NCBI GenBank assembly: GCA_013265495.1
Contig: MU057632.1
Location: 356,054-420,053, forward strand
DNA: 64,000 bases
Reading direction: 5' to 3'
Origin: Vicugna vicugna
Lineage: Eukaryota
The notes beneath the pieces are model-generated. The model saw nothing but the letters and a program-made list of their open reading frames with translations, was not told where the DNA came from and searched no databases. The position numbers and the translations under genes are program-made. Below are positions 1-11,760 of the stretch, one piece after another; position 1 is the stretch's first letter, and every line of letters begins with the position of its first letter.

Positions 1-312
1 CTACTCTAAGCATTGCAATGGATTACTCAAAAAGTGATGGAGAAACTCTCTGTAGTTATCTGAGGGCAGGGTTGATTTCTCAACAGTCCTGGTGCTTGTA
101 AGGACCAGGGACAAAAGTAACATGTAGCCTTCGATCTTGTGTGGTGTGACTGTATGGAACAGTGTGCTTGCCACATGGCATGTGTATCCTATCAGGGTTG
201 CTGCAGACAGAGGCTCCAAGGAGCCCTCTGACCCACGGTCTCCAGAGATGTACATGTTACTGCAATGTGTTTCTGGCAAATAGCAAAATGTTTGTTCTAC
301 AAAATAGATGCA

Positions 313-990
313 GGAGTTTCCTCTTCTGGTGTGGAAGAAGAGGGTCCTAATGGAACCTTTTGCAAATAGCTATAAATTCTGATCAAAACACCAAAAAACA
401 GCTACCCGAAGGCTCTGAAGAGTGAACAAACATAGCAATATTTTGAGAGGAGTGAAAACTTGAACGAAGAAACTAGCAGGGGTTGAGTTTCAGATCTTTG
501 CAGCTTTACCCCGAGGGCAGCTGGGGCCACCTACGGAAGGAGCCGCAGGGCCGAGGTTTGTGTGTAAATTCTGCCCAAGGCACTTCCTGGCCCCCCGAAG
601 CTCACATGTGAGACCTGCTCACAGTAGTCTGGACAGTGGTCTGGGCCGCCAGCCGACGCAGGGGAGATGGCATGGTGTGTGCCCAACCAAGATGACCATC
701 TGCTAACACGGACCCTCAACATCCTTTACAGGAACCGTCTCCCCCACATGATGCTCACACTATCCAAGAGACGATCCAGAATTATTTGCCAAAAGGCAAG
801 GAAAACGCTGCACATTTCCAAGGGGAAAACAGCCAACGCATGCCATCCCTGAGACGACCTCGATGTTGGAATTAGCAAACAAGGATTTTAAAGCAGTTAT
901 TACGAAATGCCTCAGGGGATAAAACAAACTGTGCCCACAAAGAAGACAATGATATAAAATTTCAGTAGAGAAAATTAAAAAATAAAACCA
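313..990 (+). mobile_element. Ancient LINE-1 5' region/ORF1 relic (L1M-type)
   Basis: 'gatgttggaattagcaaacaaggattttaaagcagttatta' resembles the start of old L1M ORF1; the upstream part resembles an L1M 5' end. Degenerate, no intact ORF. Confidence 0.5.
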
Positions 991-1620
991 ATATATTACA
1001 ACAATTTCTAAATATGTGGAAAAGGTACCTGGAGGAAAGGGTGTCTTTTTTTTTTTTTTTACTATACAAAGATACTGTATATATATATTCCTGGAAAAGA
1101 CCTAAAGTCTATTGCCCTCAGAAGGCCATAAAATAGTTAAAGCTAAACCAGGAAAAATGGCTTTTCAGTACTTGGAATCAGCCTCATATAAAAAGTGAGC
1201 TAAAACATCATTTAGCAATGCTAGGTGAGAATTAAAACATGCAGAATTTCCCCTCAGTTCCATATCCTAACAGACTTCCAGGAAATATAACATATAACAA
1301 CATTTATAAAGAGAATATCAGCTAAATAAAGTGGTGTGAAGCTAATTCCTCACAGATGTTTGGTTTGTAACTATCCTTTTTTAAAATGTTGGTGTTTCTT
1401 TTAGGTTGTAGAAGGCGAAATATGTACAGATTATAATTCATGAAAAGTGAAAGGGAGATAATTTGTGAGCAATCTTATTGTAAGTTATGTTATGAAGCTA
1501 TGATTAATATATTTAGTCACAAAGATGGTAGGGAGTACCTGTGAATGATTACTGAGTTTATTTAATGATCTCCGTTTATGAAGTACTATTTGTTTATTTC
1601 TTCAGGGGATACAGAGGTCT

Positions 1621-1912
1621 TTTTTCAAAATTTATTGCAGTATAGTTGATTTACAGTGTTAGTTTCAGGCATACAGCAAAGTGATTGAGTCATACATATA
1701 TATACATGAATATATTTCCTTTCAGATTTTCTTCCATTATATGTTATTACAAGAAATTGATTATAGTTCCCTGCTCTATACAGTAGGTCCTTGTTGTTTA
1801 TCTATTTTGTATATAGTAATGTCTGTCTGTTAATCTCGAATCCCTAATTTATCCCTCACCATCCTTTCCCCTTTGGTAACCTAACCATAGTCTGTTTTCT
1901 ATGTCTGTGAGT
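1621..1912 (-). mobile_element. 5'-truncated young LINE-1 3' end
   Basis: T-tract followed by 'tattgcagtatagttgatttacagtgttagtttcagg...atagttccctg...ccctttggtaacc'; TSD tacagaggt at ~1610 and ~1912. Confidence 0.9.
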
Positions 1913-2509
1913 ACAGAGGTTTATTTTGTAAACTAATTTGATGGTAACCTTCCAGCATACTATATAAGAAGTAAAGGAATTCATACAACAACATGCATAG
2001 GAAAAGAGCTACCGAGGTGTTAGATGGTGATACCCTACTACAGAATCGGTATTTGAAGAAATGGCGCAGGAGCTGTCAGAGAACTTGCTGTCCATGACAC
2101 ACGTTCTCAGTTTTGACTCAGCCACATTAATTCCATCTGCAGTGTATTCTCCAAATATTACAGGTAGCAAGGCACTTATGTGATAACTTCTCACATTTAT
2201 TTTGTTTGGATTAATAACATGGATGTCTTAGACTGGCAAAAGGAAATTGTACTGTAAAGGAAACCTAGTAATATACACCGAGAGGCAAGCTCTTTATTTC
2301 TGCCTTTTATATGTGGTGTTTTTTGGTGGCTCAATGGATGTAAACTCATCTTTTTAATATAACCGTTCCTATGCATTTTTCCTCCAATGAGGTTGAAGGT
2401 GCTTCAATATTCACAACTATGCTACATGTTTCTCTGACACAGCCCATAGCACCCAGCTCCAGGGTTAAATACAGATGCTCAGAATTAAGAAACACTTCTC
2501 TGGGATCAG

Positions 2510-2690
2510 ATCTGGACAGGTAACTTGAACTGTCCAAACAACAGTTTTCCATCTTTTAAATGGTAATAATAAGAGTATCTACCTCATAAAGTTGTTGTGT
2601 GTTTTGTATAAGACATAACAAGTAAAGTCCACATATTAGGACCTGAACTATAGTAACTACTAAGTAGTTATTATGCTTGTATTATTATTG
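2510..2690 (+). mobile_element. MIR SINE relic
   Basis: MIR core-like 'cagttttccatcttttaaatggtaataataagagtatctacctcataaagttgttgtg'. Confidence 0.65.
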
Positions 2691-2938
2691 TACTGGTAAA
2701 AAAATTCATTGAATGAATGAATCAATGGCATGATTTTATTAACTTCAAAATTTTATCCCATATTGACCTCCAAGAAGTGATAAATGGTTCATTTGAAAGT
2801 TTACAGAAGAAGTGAACTAAAACAATGTAGCAATGCTGGGTAAGAAGTAAAATACACACATTTTCCACTCAGTTCCATGTTCTAACAGCCTTCCAGGAAA
2901 CAGAATATACAACAGCATTTATCAAGAGAATGCCTGCT

Positions 2939-3418
2939 GTGTATTTATACAGTAGAATACTACTCAGCCTTAAAAAAGAATAAAATAATGCCATTTACAG
3001 CAACATAGATGGACCTGGAGATTGTCATTCTAAGTGAAGCAAAACAGAAAGAGAAAGAAAAATACCATGTATCACTTATACATGGAATCTAAAAAAAGGA
3101 CACAAATGAACTTATTTACAAAACAGAAACAGACTCAGAGACATAGAAAACAAACTTATGGTTACTATGGGGGAAAAGGGGGTGGAAAGGGATAAACTGG
3201 GAGTTCAGGATTTGCAGATCCTAACTACTATATATAAAATAGATAAACAATAAGTTTCTACTGTACAGCACAGTGAACTATATTCAATACCTTGTAGTAA
3301 ACCTATAATGAAAAAGAATCTGAAAAGGAATATATGTATGTGCATGTATGACTGAAGCATGATGCTGTACACCAGAAACGGACAAAACATTGTCAAGTGT
3401 CTATACTTCAATAAAAAC
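2939..3418 (+). mobile_element. 5'-truncated young LINE-1 (ORF2 end plus 3' UTR)
   Basis: 'gaatactactcagcc...atggacctggagattgtcattctaagtgaag...tatacttcaataaaaa'; TSD gaatgcc(t/g)gct at 2928-2938 and 3419-3429. Confidence 0.92.
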
Positions 3419-3723
3419 GAATGCCGGCTATGAATTTTATGACCAGACGAATTTCCCAATTATTTATCGGCACCTACAAACTTTAACACATTATCCAAAG
3501 ACCGACGGTAGACAAAAATAGTGGGAGGGGAGTAAATAAGAGCATCTCTGGAGAGCCACGGTCCCCTGGGAGGAGAACAAGCCCCAGCAAGAGGATGCGG
3601 GTCACACCACAGCCAGACTGACTTACCACAAATACAGCATATATCCATATGTACTTGCATGTACAGATAAATACGTAGAAATGTATATCTATGTATATCT
3701 CTCTCTCTATATATATATACATT

Positions 3724-3790
3724 ATGCTGAGCATGCGTGAGGTACTTGGTTCAATTCCTAATGCCTCCATTTGAAAAAGAAAAAAAAAAA
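3724..3790 (+). mobile_element. tRNA-Ala-derived SINE (Vic-1-like), partial
   Basis: 'tgctgagcatgcgtgaggtacttggttcaattcctaatgcctcca' followed by an A-tail; B-box-like GGTTCAATTCC. Confidence 0.75.
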
Positions 3791-4783
3791 GAGAAACCAA
3801 AATAACATTGTGTATTTATGTGTTGGGCTACATTAAATGCACAAATACTTTAAAAAATTTTAAGCTGATAGCAGGATTGCTGCAAAAAATCATATTAAAG
3901 ATAAATAAGCTTATATTTAGGTAGATAGGCACTCCAGAGAGCTGAAGTAAACGCCTTTTCTTCCCCCAATTAGAAGCATGACTCATTTCTTTCTATTCAT
4001 TATTTCTTCTAATGTTCTTGTAGCTTCTGGGGTGGAAGACTGCGAAAGACACACTGACTTTCACTATTTCTAATCCACACCAAAAAAAAAAAAAAAGACT
4101 GGTGTTTCTAAATTTAGCTCATGATCATTAGCTGTTTTTTTCCCCAAACCTGCCTGGTAGCCTGATGAGGCTAATCAGGGGGTCTAATGACTAATCTCAG
4201 GAAGAATGATGGGTAACTAAAGTATTCCTCATGTCATGTGTGCGTCTGTGTCTTTCTGGGTGGTTAGAGAGGATTAAACTGACATCGCTACCTTGCAGGC
4301 TGTAGTTTTGCTCTTAAAACAAAGTTCACTGGGCAGTTACAGGACAACATCGCCCAGTGGTCCTCCTAGACGCCGAGGCTTGAAGAGGGATGTTCTGGGG
4401 ATCAAATGAGAGAAGGGCTGTAAAGCTGCTTTGGAAACATCAAACTCTCTCCACGGCGGCAGGGGATCATGATAACAGAATTGTGCTAGAAATCCGTGGG
4501 GTGACCGTCCCCCTGTATCCAGACGTTACTAAATATACTATAAAGATGAGAGAGAAGGAGGGAGGGAAACGGAGACAGAGAGAGACACCTGGCGGGGGGG
4601 GGGAGAGGGAGTGCTGAGATGCGGGCTTGCTCCCTTGTATACAGGCATCAAGCTGTCCGCTGACCCTCCTGCCTCCCTCACGTGCCAGGCGCTGCTGTTG
4701 GCCACCCCCAGCTCAGTTCTTCTGAGGTCATTTTCCCCTTGACCATGAGACCGCAAAGCCCAGGCTCAATCCTAGGACAGAAA

Positions 4784-4877
4784 AATTTTATTTTTATCAA
4801 AGTCCAGTGAGTTTACAATGTTGTGTCTATTTCTGGTGTACAGCACCACGCTTCAGTCATACATACACATACATATT
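4784..4877 (-). mobile_element. Very short LINE-1 3' tail
   Basis: 'gtttacaatgttgtgtctatttctggtgtacagc'; exact 12-bp TSD ctaggacagaaa at 4772-4783 and 4878-4889. Confidence 0.88.
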
Positions 4878-5232
4878 CTAGGACAGAAATACTGACTTCA
4901 CCCTGATAAGTAAATGTGTAAATTGAAAGGTGGGATAATTTTATGCCTCTTAACTCAGGCAACAGAAAATAACAACAGTTGTCAACTAGAAGAGGACAAA
5001 CACTGATGAGCGAACACTGATGATCTTTTAAGATCACACAGCAAATGTCAAGATTAATAAATATTTTGACACAAGAAAGAAAACTAACAATTACCTAATT
5101 TTGTTACCACCTTTGTTCACTTTTCAAACATCAAATTTTTCCTCTTCATTATTTCATAGACTCCCCTCTAAATTCCTTAGAGATCAAGAGTTGATGCATT
5201 TGAAGATGATTTTGGTTGCTCTATTACTTCTA

Positions 5233-5335
5233 GTTTAACTGAATTCATTTATTTTTTTACTGGAGGCACTGGGGATTGAAGCCAGGACTTCATGTGTGCT
5301 AAGTGGGCACTCTACAACTGAGCTGTACTCTCCAT
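5233..5335 (-). mobile_element. tRNA-Ala-derived SINE (Vic-1-like, short form)
   Basis: Reverse-complement tRNA head 'ggaggcactggggattgaagccaggac...ctgagctgtac'; TSD attacttcta at 5223 and 5343. Confidence 0.88.
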
Positions 5336-6165
5336 CCTTTCAATTACTTCTAAAATCATAGGCAGGGAGCTTGCCATTAGTTTATGATTCATAATCTCCA
5401 AACATTTGTAATTACTTAGAACAGGGAACTAATTTTCTGAAACAATGTGGGAACCAAACCTCCAATGTTTAATTTCTGTCTCCCTGGAATACAGGGACAC
5501 TTTTTTAAACAAGAGTTACAGAAAAGAAGGTTCATAATGGTACTTACTAATAAAAGTAATTTGGAAAAATGAAAATGAATCTAAGAAAAACACACGGAAG
5601 TGCCCCACAGTATTGGGTACCATGAAGGAAGCGTCATCACAGACCAACGTGATGGATAAAGTATATCAAACTCATTGATCTCAGGTTGGCCAGGCTTCAC
5701 CAGATGTAATGTCCTTAGATGTATTGCTCTCACCATCCACGATCTATCCATGTATGTTGGGTTCACAAAGTTAATTAGGTTTTTTTTTCTCCCTTCCTGT
5801 GGTCTCTATTTTTGAGACCTTGAGACAGCAGGTGGTTTGGCCCCCAGAGTGCTTCCTCCATGGTATAGGAGAAGCAGGGCATTCAGGAGCCAGAGAAGCA
5901 TCTCACTCAGCAGAGGCTCGGGTTGGGGCGGAGTGAACTCCATACTTGCCAACAGCACATGGGGTTCCCTTCTGCAGGTGTCACTGCCTCACAGGTTGCT
6001 ATGGTGTCCAGGTACAAATGCTGAGAAAACCACGGGCAAAGTAAGAGTGTCACTGGGGGAACATTTCAGAAATGTGACATACTCTTACATGCAAAATTGT
6101 AGGAGAGTCCCACAGGTACTTGTATTGATGGATTCTGGCATTATTAAGGTCTTGTTCACTTTTTA

Positions 6166-6320
6166 AAAATATCTTTTTTTAAACCTTTTTTCTTTTGGCA
6201 GGGGGAGGTAATTAGTCTTATTTATTTCTTATTTTTTAATAGAGGTACTGGGGTTTGATCCCAGGACCTTACTCATGCTAGGCGCTCACTCTACCATTGA
6301 GCTATACCCTGCTCCCTGCC
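6166..6320 (-). mobile_element. tRNA-Ala-derived SINE (Vic-1-like, long form)
   Basis: tRNA head plus 'gggggaggtaattag' tail module; imperfect TSD tcttgttYaYttttta at 6150 and 6321. Confidence 0.9.
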
Positions 6321-6546
6321 TCTTGTTTATTTTTATTGTTACTTACTATAAATACACATGTACTGTATGCATAGCAACAATATGATATGTAACTAACATG
6401 ATGTATTAAAATGTTATAAATATTCTTTTATAAATAAAGCACAACATAAAGCTCTATCCGCTCTTCATTTGAACGTGAATATGTTTATTTTCAATTCAGC
6501 ATGTGAGAAGTACTATCCATAGGTTCAAACTGATAAGTAAGCAGCA

Positions 6547-7004
6547 TGGGGCAGGCAGAATAATGGACCTTGGAGAGGTCCATGTCCTAATGTCTAGAAC
6601 CCGTGAATATGTCATCTTACACGGCAAAGAAACCTTGGAGATATGATGAAGGATCGTGAGATGGGGAGATTATTCTGAAGTATCGGAGAGGGTCTAATGA
6701 GATCGTGGGGGTCCTTATAAGAAGGAGGAGGCAGGGCAGAGTTGGAGGAGGAGGCGTAATAGTGGAACCAGGGGTCTGAGTGACATGGGGTCACGAGCCA
6801 AGGGATGCAGGTGGCCCAGGATCTAGAAAAAGGGAAGAAGTGTATTCTCCTTCAGGGCCTCCAGAAATCAGCTCTGCCAACACCTTGATTTTAGCCTCCA
6901 CCCATTTTGGACTTCTGACCCCTAGGACTGTAAAATAATAAGTTTGTGGTTTTTCGAACCACTAAGTTTGTGGTCATTTGTTACAGCAGCAAGAGGAAAT
7001 TAGT
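6547..7004 (+). mobile_element. MaLR solo LTR (MLT1C/D-like)
   Basis: 'ggcagaataatgg...gtccatgtcctaat...gtgaatatgt' through 'ccactaagtttgtggtcatttgttacagcagcaagaggaaa', typical MLT1 termini. Confidence 0.85.
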
Positions 7005-7432
7005 GGATAGAGTTTATAAATGGATTTGCTCTCTCATTCACCACTAAATGCTAGAGGCACAGTAAAAAAATGGAAGCTAAAACTTAAAGAAAAAAAAAAG
7101 AAATAGGAGCACCTGCAAGTTCTTGGATGCACAGCATAAGATGCACGCTTTATGGAAGATCTGTGAACATCTCTCCTTGGTGATTTACTAGACTTCATGA
7201 TTTAAACCCTTGGTCACCAGGATACAGATGATCTTTATGAACTGAGCACAGCAGACACCACACCAGAAAAGGCGATTAGAAGAAGTCCTAAGAAAAACAT
7301 GGCACGGGACTCTATGGCTTTATTTGCAGTAAAACCCTCAGTATTTTTTACGAGTATCCTTTGTGGCTAGTGGAGAGTTTGCAAACATGCAGTCATCTGA
7401 ACAAACATGCATCTGAGCAGGAGCTGTTCAGG

Positions 7433-7951
7433 TGCCTGGACTGAGTGTGTGTCCCCTCAAACTTATGTGTGGAAGCCCTGACCCCCAGTGTGATGGCGCT
7501 TGGACGTGGGGCTCTGGGAGGTGGTTAGGTTTCAATAAGGTCAGGAGGGTGGGGCCCCCAGGATAGGATTAGTGTTCTTATCAGAAGAGGAAGACACTCC
7601 GAGGAGGAGGGAGGGTATATAGCTCAGTGGTACAGTGTGTGCTTATTAGCATGCACGAGGTCCTGGGTTCAATCCCCAGTAACTTTCTCGATTAAAAAAA
7701 TACACAAACCTAATTACCTCCCCGCCAAAAAAATAAAAACAAAATAAACAGACAAACAAAAAGACACCCCAGAACTCTCTCTCCCACGTGAGGTGAGGCC
7801 ACAATGAGAAGGCGCAGTCTGCAAGCTAGGAAGACTCACCAGGAACTGACTCAGCCAGCACCTTGATCTCAGACTTCCAGCCTCCAGAACTGGGAAAAAT
7901 AAGCCCTCGGTCTATGGTCCCTTATTATAGCATCCAGAGCTGATGAGGACA
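7433..7951 (+). mobile_element. MaLR solo LTR (MLT1A-like), interrupted by a SINE
   Basis: 'ggactgagtgtgtgtcccc...cccagtgtgatgg' and 'gcaccttgatctcagacttccagcctccagaactg'. Confidence 0.85.
7601..7760 (+). mobile_element. tRNA-Ala-derived SINE (Vic-1-like, long form)
   Basis: A box tagctcagtgg, B box ggttcaatccc, 'cctaattacctccc' module, A-rich tail; TSD aagacacYcc at 7591-7600 and 7761-7770. Confidence 0.93.
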
Positions 7952-9669
7952 CGGGGCAATAACAGGGATTCATCTGAGGACTCTTCAAATGGGCACTGAA
8001 AGGTGGAGAGGATGTGTCCTTAGGCAGTCACTTCAGGACCTGAATCATCGCTCCACACAGGTCAGGAAAGAGTGTATGCAGGAGAAGATTTTCCCAGACC
8101 CCTCGAGGGAAATGAGGGTGGCATGGAGCTTGCTCCACGCCTGGTCCTTAGGGATGAAACTGGCCAGGAAGTTAACAGCCTTCCTGTGAGTGGCAGCGCA
8201 AAGGCAGAAGGGCTACAGCAGGGCAGCTCAGAGGTGTGATGAGAGCCTCACCGTGGAGACTGAGTACCTTGGTCCTGGTTTATTAGGCACTAAGAAGTAT
8301 TACTGCATGAGGCTTGGAGAGAAAAACTAGAAACCACCCCAGAGGCTTGTGTGAGGGCAGTTTTAGCAGCAAACACTAAGGCTCTTCAGTGAGAGGGTAT
8401 GAGGGTCCCAGCCCCCAAGAAACATGATAAGAGGCATATGTCAGGTGGGAAAGGACTGTTGTTGTTTTACTACAAGTAGAAGCAAAGGAGATGGAGGGGT
8501 GATGGGAGAGAAATGCCAGAAATCACCCGCTGCCTGGAGAGGTGGAGAAAACTGTCATCTATTTTCAGAAAAATCCCTTGAGACTTCACGAGTGGAGACT
8601 CTGCAATAAACACCATTCAGAAGGAGAGATAAATGGTGGTGGCATTTCAGCTGTGATGGAATATTTAGCTCCAAATGTCTTCCACGAGGATGGGACATAA
8701 CATATGAAACTCAGGGGAAGGCAATTTGGGAGGAAGACACGTGAATCTGTCTCGTTTATATGCATGCTGCAGCTGAGCTCAAGGAGAAAGATCATGTGTG
8801 TGAGCGTCCAAATGTTAGAAGAGAATTAGAACCCAGGACTGATCTCTGCTATTCCTTCTTGGAGAACCTGTAATTAAGGAGGGTCGGGTGGGGCCTGGAT
8901 GGTACATGGAACAGAAATTTCAGTCACAAGCGCCTTTTGGGGACAGATTTTGAGTGGGTTCGCACACTCATGTTATGTAACTGCGAAATATTTTCACCGC
9001 CATTTACAAAATACAGTCGCAAGCCTGCCTGAGCGCTGCACGTGTCCCACTCAGTTACTGGAAGCACGTCCGTCTCTGCATCTCAGCATCCCCTCCATCA
9101 GTCCTGGAAGCCACTGGTCACTTTCCTTTCTCTGTCCTTCTAGTCCTGTCACAACATACATATTCATTATCTGTCACCTTCTCTCCCCCGGAAGTCTGGC
9201 TACAAGTCCAGTGACATCGTTTGACGCAGCCTCTCCACATCTATAAATGTGCTCACGACAGAGTCCAGCAATCACACGATGAACACACCAGGCACTCCTT
9301 GACAAGTGACCATCCTAGCTCTAGTTCTGCAGAATCCTAAATTCATAAATACTACCCGGCACAGCTCTGGGGCTTGGCTGTGCTCAGAGGCAGAACCTCA
9401 CGACAGGGGACGTGACACATTTCAGTGACTTCTCCAGGGCTGCCTATGTCTTTTGTGTGAGTCTGTCTTTGATTTGCTGCCAGGAAGAGCAAAAGAATGC
9501 CATTTTCTCTCACTGCACCTCCACCCCCCAAGGCTTAGTCTGTCTTTCTGTTTGTAGAACATTTTATCCTCTCTACTATAGGAAAATGAAATGCTCAAAC
9601 ACACTACTTATTAAAGAACACACTTACTTTTGGGAATGCATGCATAAGTTCACCACCTATTTAAAAGGA

Positions 9670-9815
9670 TTTTTTTTGTGTATGTGTTATTCTCTTTTTT
9701 GGGGAGGGAGGGAGGTAATTAGGATTATTTTTTTAGCGGCGGTACTGGGGATTGAACCTAGGATCTGTGTGTGCTGAGCACGCACTCTACCACTGACCTG
9801 TACCCTCTTCCCCCC
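9670..9815 (-). mobile_element. tRNA-Ala-derived SINE (Vic-1-like, long form)
   Basis: 'ggaggtaattagg...gtactggggattgaacctagg...ctctaccactgacctgtaccc'; TSD core ccaccta at 9653 and 9822. Confidence 0.9.
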
Positions 9816-9959
9816 AAACCCCCACCTAATAAATCTACTAACAAAAAGAAAAATAAGGACCTGCTGGTGACTTGTAATGGATTAGTTGTTAGTTCATGGG
9901 CTTTTCAATATTCCACCCCCCCTGCCCACCCAGCATCTAAGAACACACACTTGGCCATT

Positions 9960-10075
9960 CTGACCCTCGGGGTTTGAATCTCAGCTCTAATTCTCACCAG
10001 CTGGTGGCCAGCCCAAGTGACTTAATCTCCCTATGCTTCAATTTCATCATCTCTTCAGTTAATGGTATTAGTATT
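9960..10075 (+). mobile_element. MIR relic
   Basis: 'gggtttgaatctcagctct...caagtgacttaatctccctatgcttcaatttcatcatct'. Confidence 0.7.
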
Positions 10076-10750
10076 TTGGCCCTCAAATGGGAACCACAAG
10101 GTCCTCTATTTGGTTAACCCAAATTTCCATGCACTATGATAAGGGGGAGCTGACAGGTGTCCCCACAAAAAATAGAAAGGGAGATGCGATTACTGTATGA
10201 GCCCAATGGGTCTACACTGGTGTAAGGGGGGGGTCCAAGCCCAAGATAAGATGAGTGGGGAGGGTGAGTTGGGGGGCAGTGCCTGCCTGGAGGAGCCTCT
10301 GTATAGGGGTCAGGAAATCACTGGGCGGAGGAAGGGATGGATGCAGAGGGGATGGGAGAGGGAGCACGGAAGTGGCCCAAGAGCAGAAGCTGAGTGTGGG
10401 GCTCTCCCCTCATGTCAGCGGGCTGCCCAGGACGTGGAAATCAGATGCTCTGGCTGCAGGCAGACAGGGAGCTCAGGTCCCTAGAAGCTCCAGGGATGCG
10501 GGGCCACAGCTGAGCTAGTGAAACTTGAGAAGCGAGGAGTTACTCCACTGAGTGAAGCACACCAAACAAGCATGATGGCTCATTCCAGTGTATTAACCAC
10601 AGAGGCTCCAGACTGGGAGGTGGGGGAGGAGGGAGCATAGTCCTTTCTGGAGCCAGGGACTGTCAACAGGGCCCCCGCAGTTTTACTGAGCATCGTCTTA
10701 GATGGGCCTCACTTGGGCTGCTTTGGAACATTAGATCATTCTTACTTTTA

Positions 10751-10853
10751 TATTTTTATTTTTAAAATTTAAGTATAGCCAGTTACAATGTGTCAATTTC
10801 TGGTACACAGCACAATGTCCCAATCATGCATATACATAAATATATTCATTTCC
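10751..10853 (-). mobile_element. Very short LINE-1 3' tail
   Basis: 'aagtatagccagttacaatgtgtcaatttctggtacacagc'; exact 18-bp TSD agatcattcttactttta at 10733-10750 and 10854-10871. Confidence 0.92.
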
Positions 10854-11626
10854 AGATCATTCTTACTTTTAAATACTCATGGAAGAAACACCAAACAGCT
10901 TTGATTTTAGTAGTGATTTTAATAAAATAAAAAACACTTCAAATTATGAAGAAATAGGAATCCCAGTTATGTGATGTCATGATTTCCTTTTAGATTCTTG
11001 GTATTTTTGTTAAGAGATTTCCTTTTTATAAAGCAGTTTTACTGCCAGGTGAATATTAAATTAATTCCCTATATCTATTGCCCACAGTACTGACTTTTCT
11101 CTTTCAGAGCATGTGTCACACCTAACAAAGTATACACGTGTGTTCAACTGAAATATTACTGTGAAACAGGAAACTGGACAAGTCAATTAACTCCATTATT
11201 AAAAATTCCAAAGTATCTGAAAAATAACTGTTAACACATAAGGGTCCAGAGACTCACCAACATGATGTAATATTTATACTTCTGCAAAGTACAAGTCAAA
11301 ATGACACAGCCATTATAACTAATGCATGTATTTTAGTTACATATTATTGGCAATGTTTATGTACATTTAAAATTCGCTGATCTTAGCTTTCGTAAAACCA
11401 ATCATCGAAACAGTCACAGGTGCATTATGAACATAACTAAAATGTATAAAATCCAGAAAAATACCCTTCCTAGCTGTTTTCTTGTAATAGGCTAACTTTG
11501 TGTAATAAACTGAATCTTAAAATTATAAAAATCTCTTAACAGTACCCACAATAATGCAGTCTGTATTAATTGGTGCCCATAAAATTTACTGAATTGTGAT
11601 TTTAGTGAACGGAGAAAGCATGTTAA

Positions 11627-11760
11627 TTTTTTTGTAGTTTTTTTGGGGGGGGTAATTACGTTTGTTCATTTGTTTATTTTAGTGGAGGCAATGGGGATTG
11701 AACTCAGGACCTCATGCATGCTAAGCATGTGCTCTACCACTGAGCTGTATGCCCTTTCTC
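11627..11760 (-). mobile_element. tRNA-Ala-derived SINE (Vic-1-like, long form)
   Basis: 'gggggtaatta...ggggattgaactcaggacctcatgcatgctaagcatgtgctctaccactgagct'; TSD gcaWgttaa. Confidence 0.9.

Noticed and set aside
7601..7690. tRNA-Ala-like sequences here and at about 11 other sites as tRNA genes
   Set aside because: They have degenerate stems, A-rich tails and TSDs, so they are SINE copies and not functional tRNAs.
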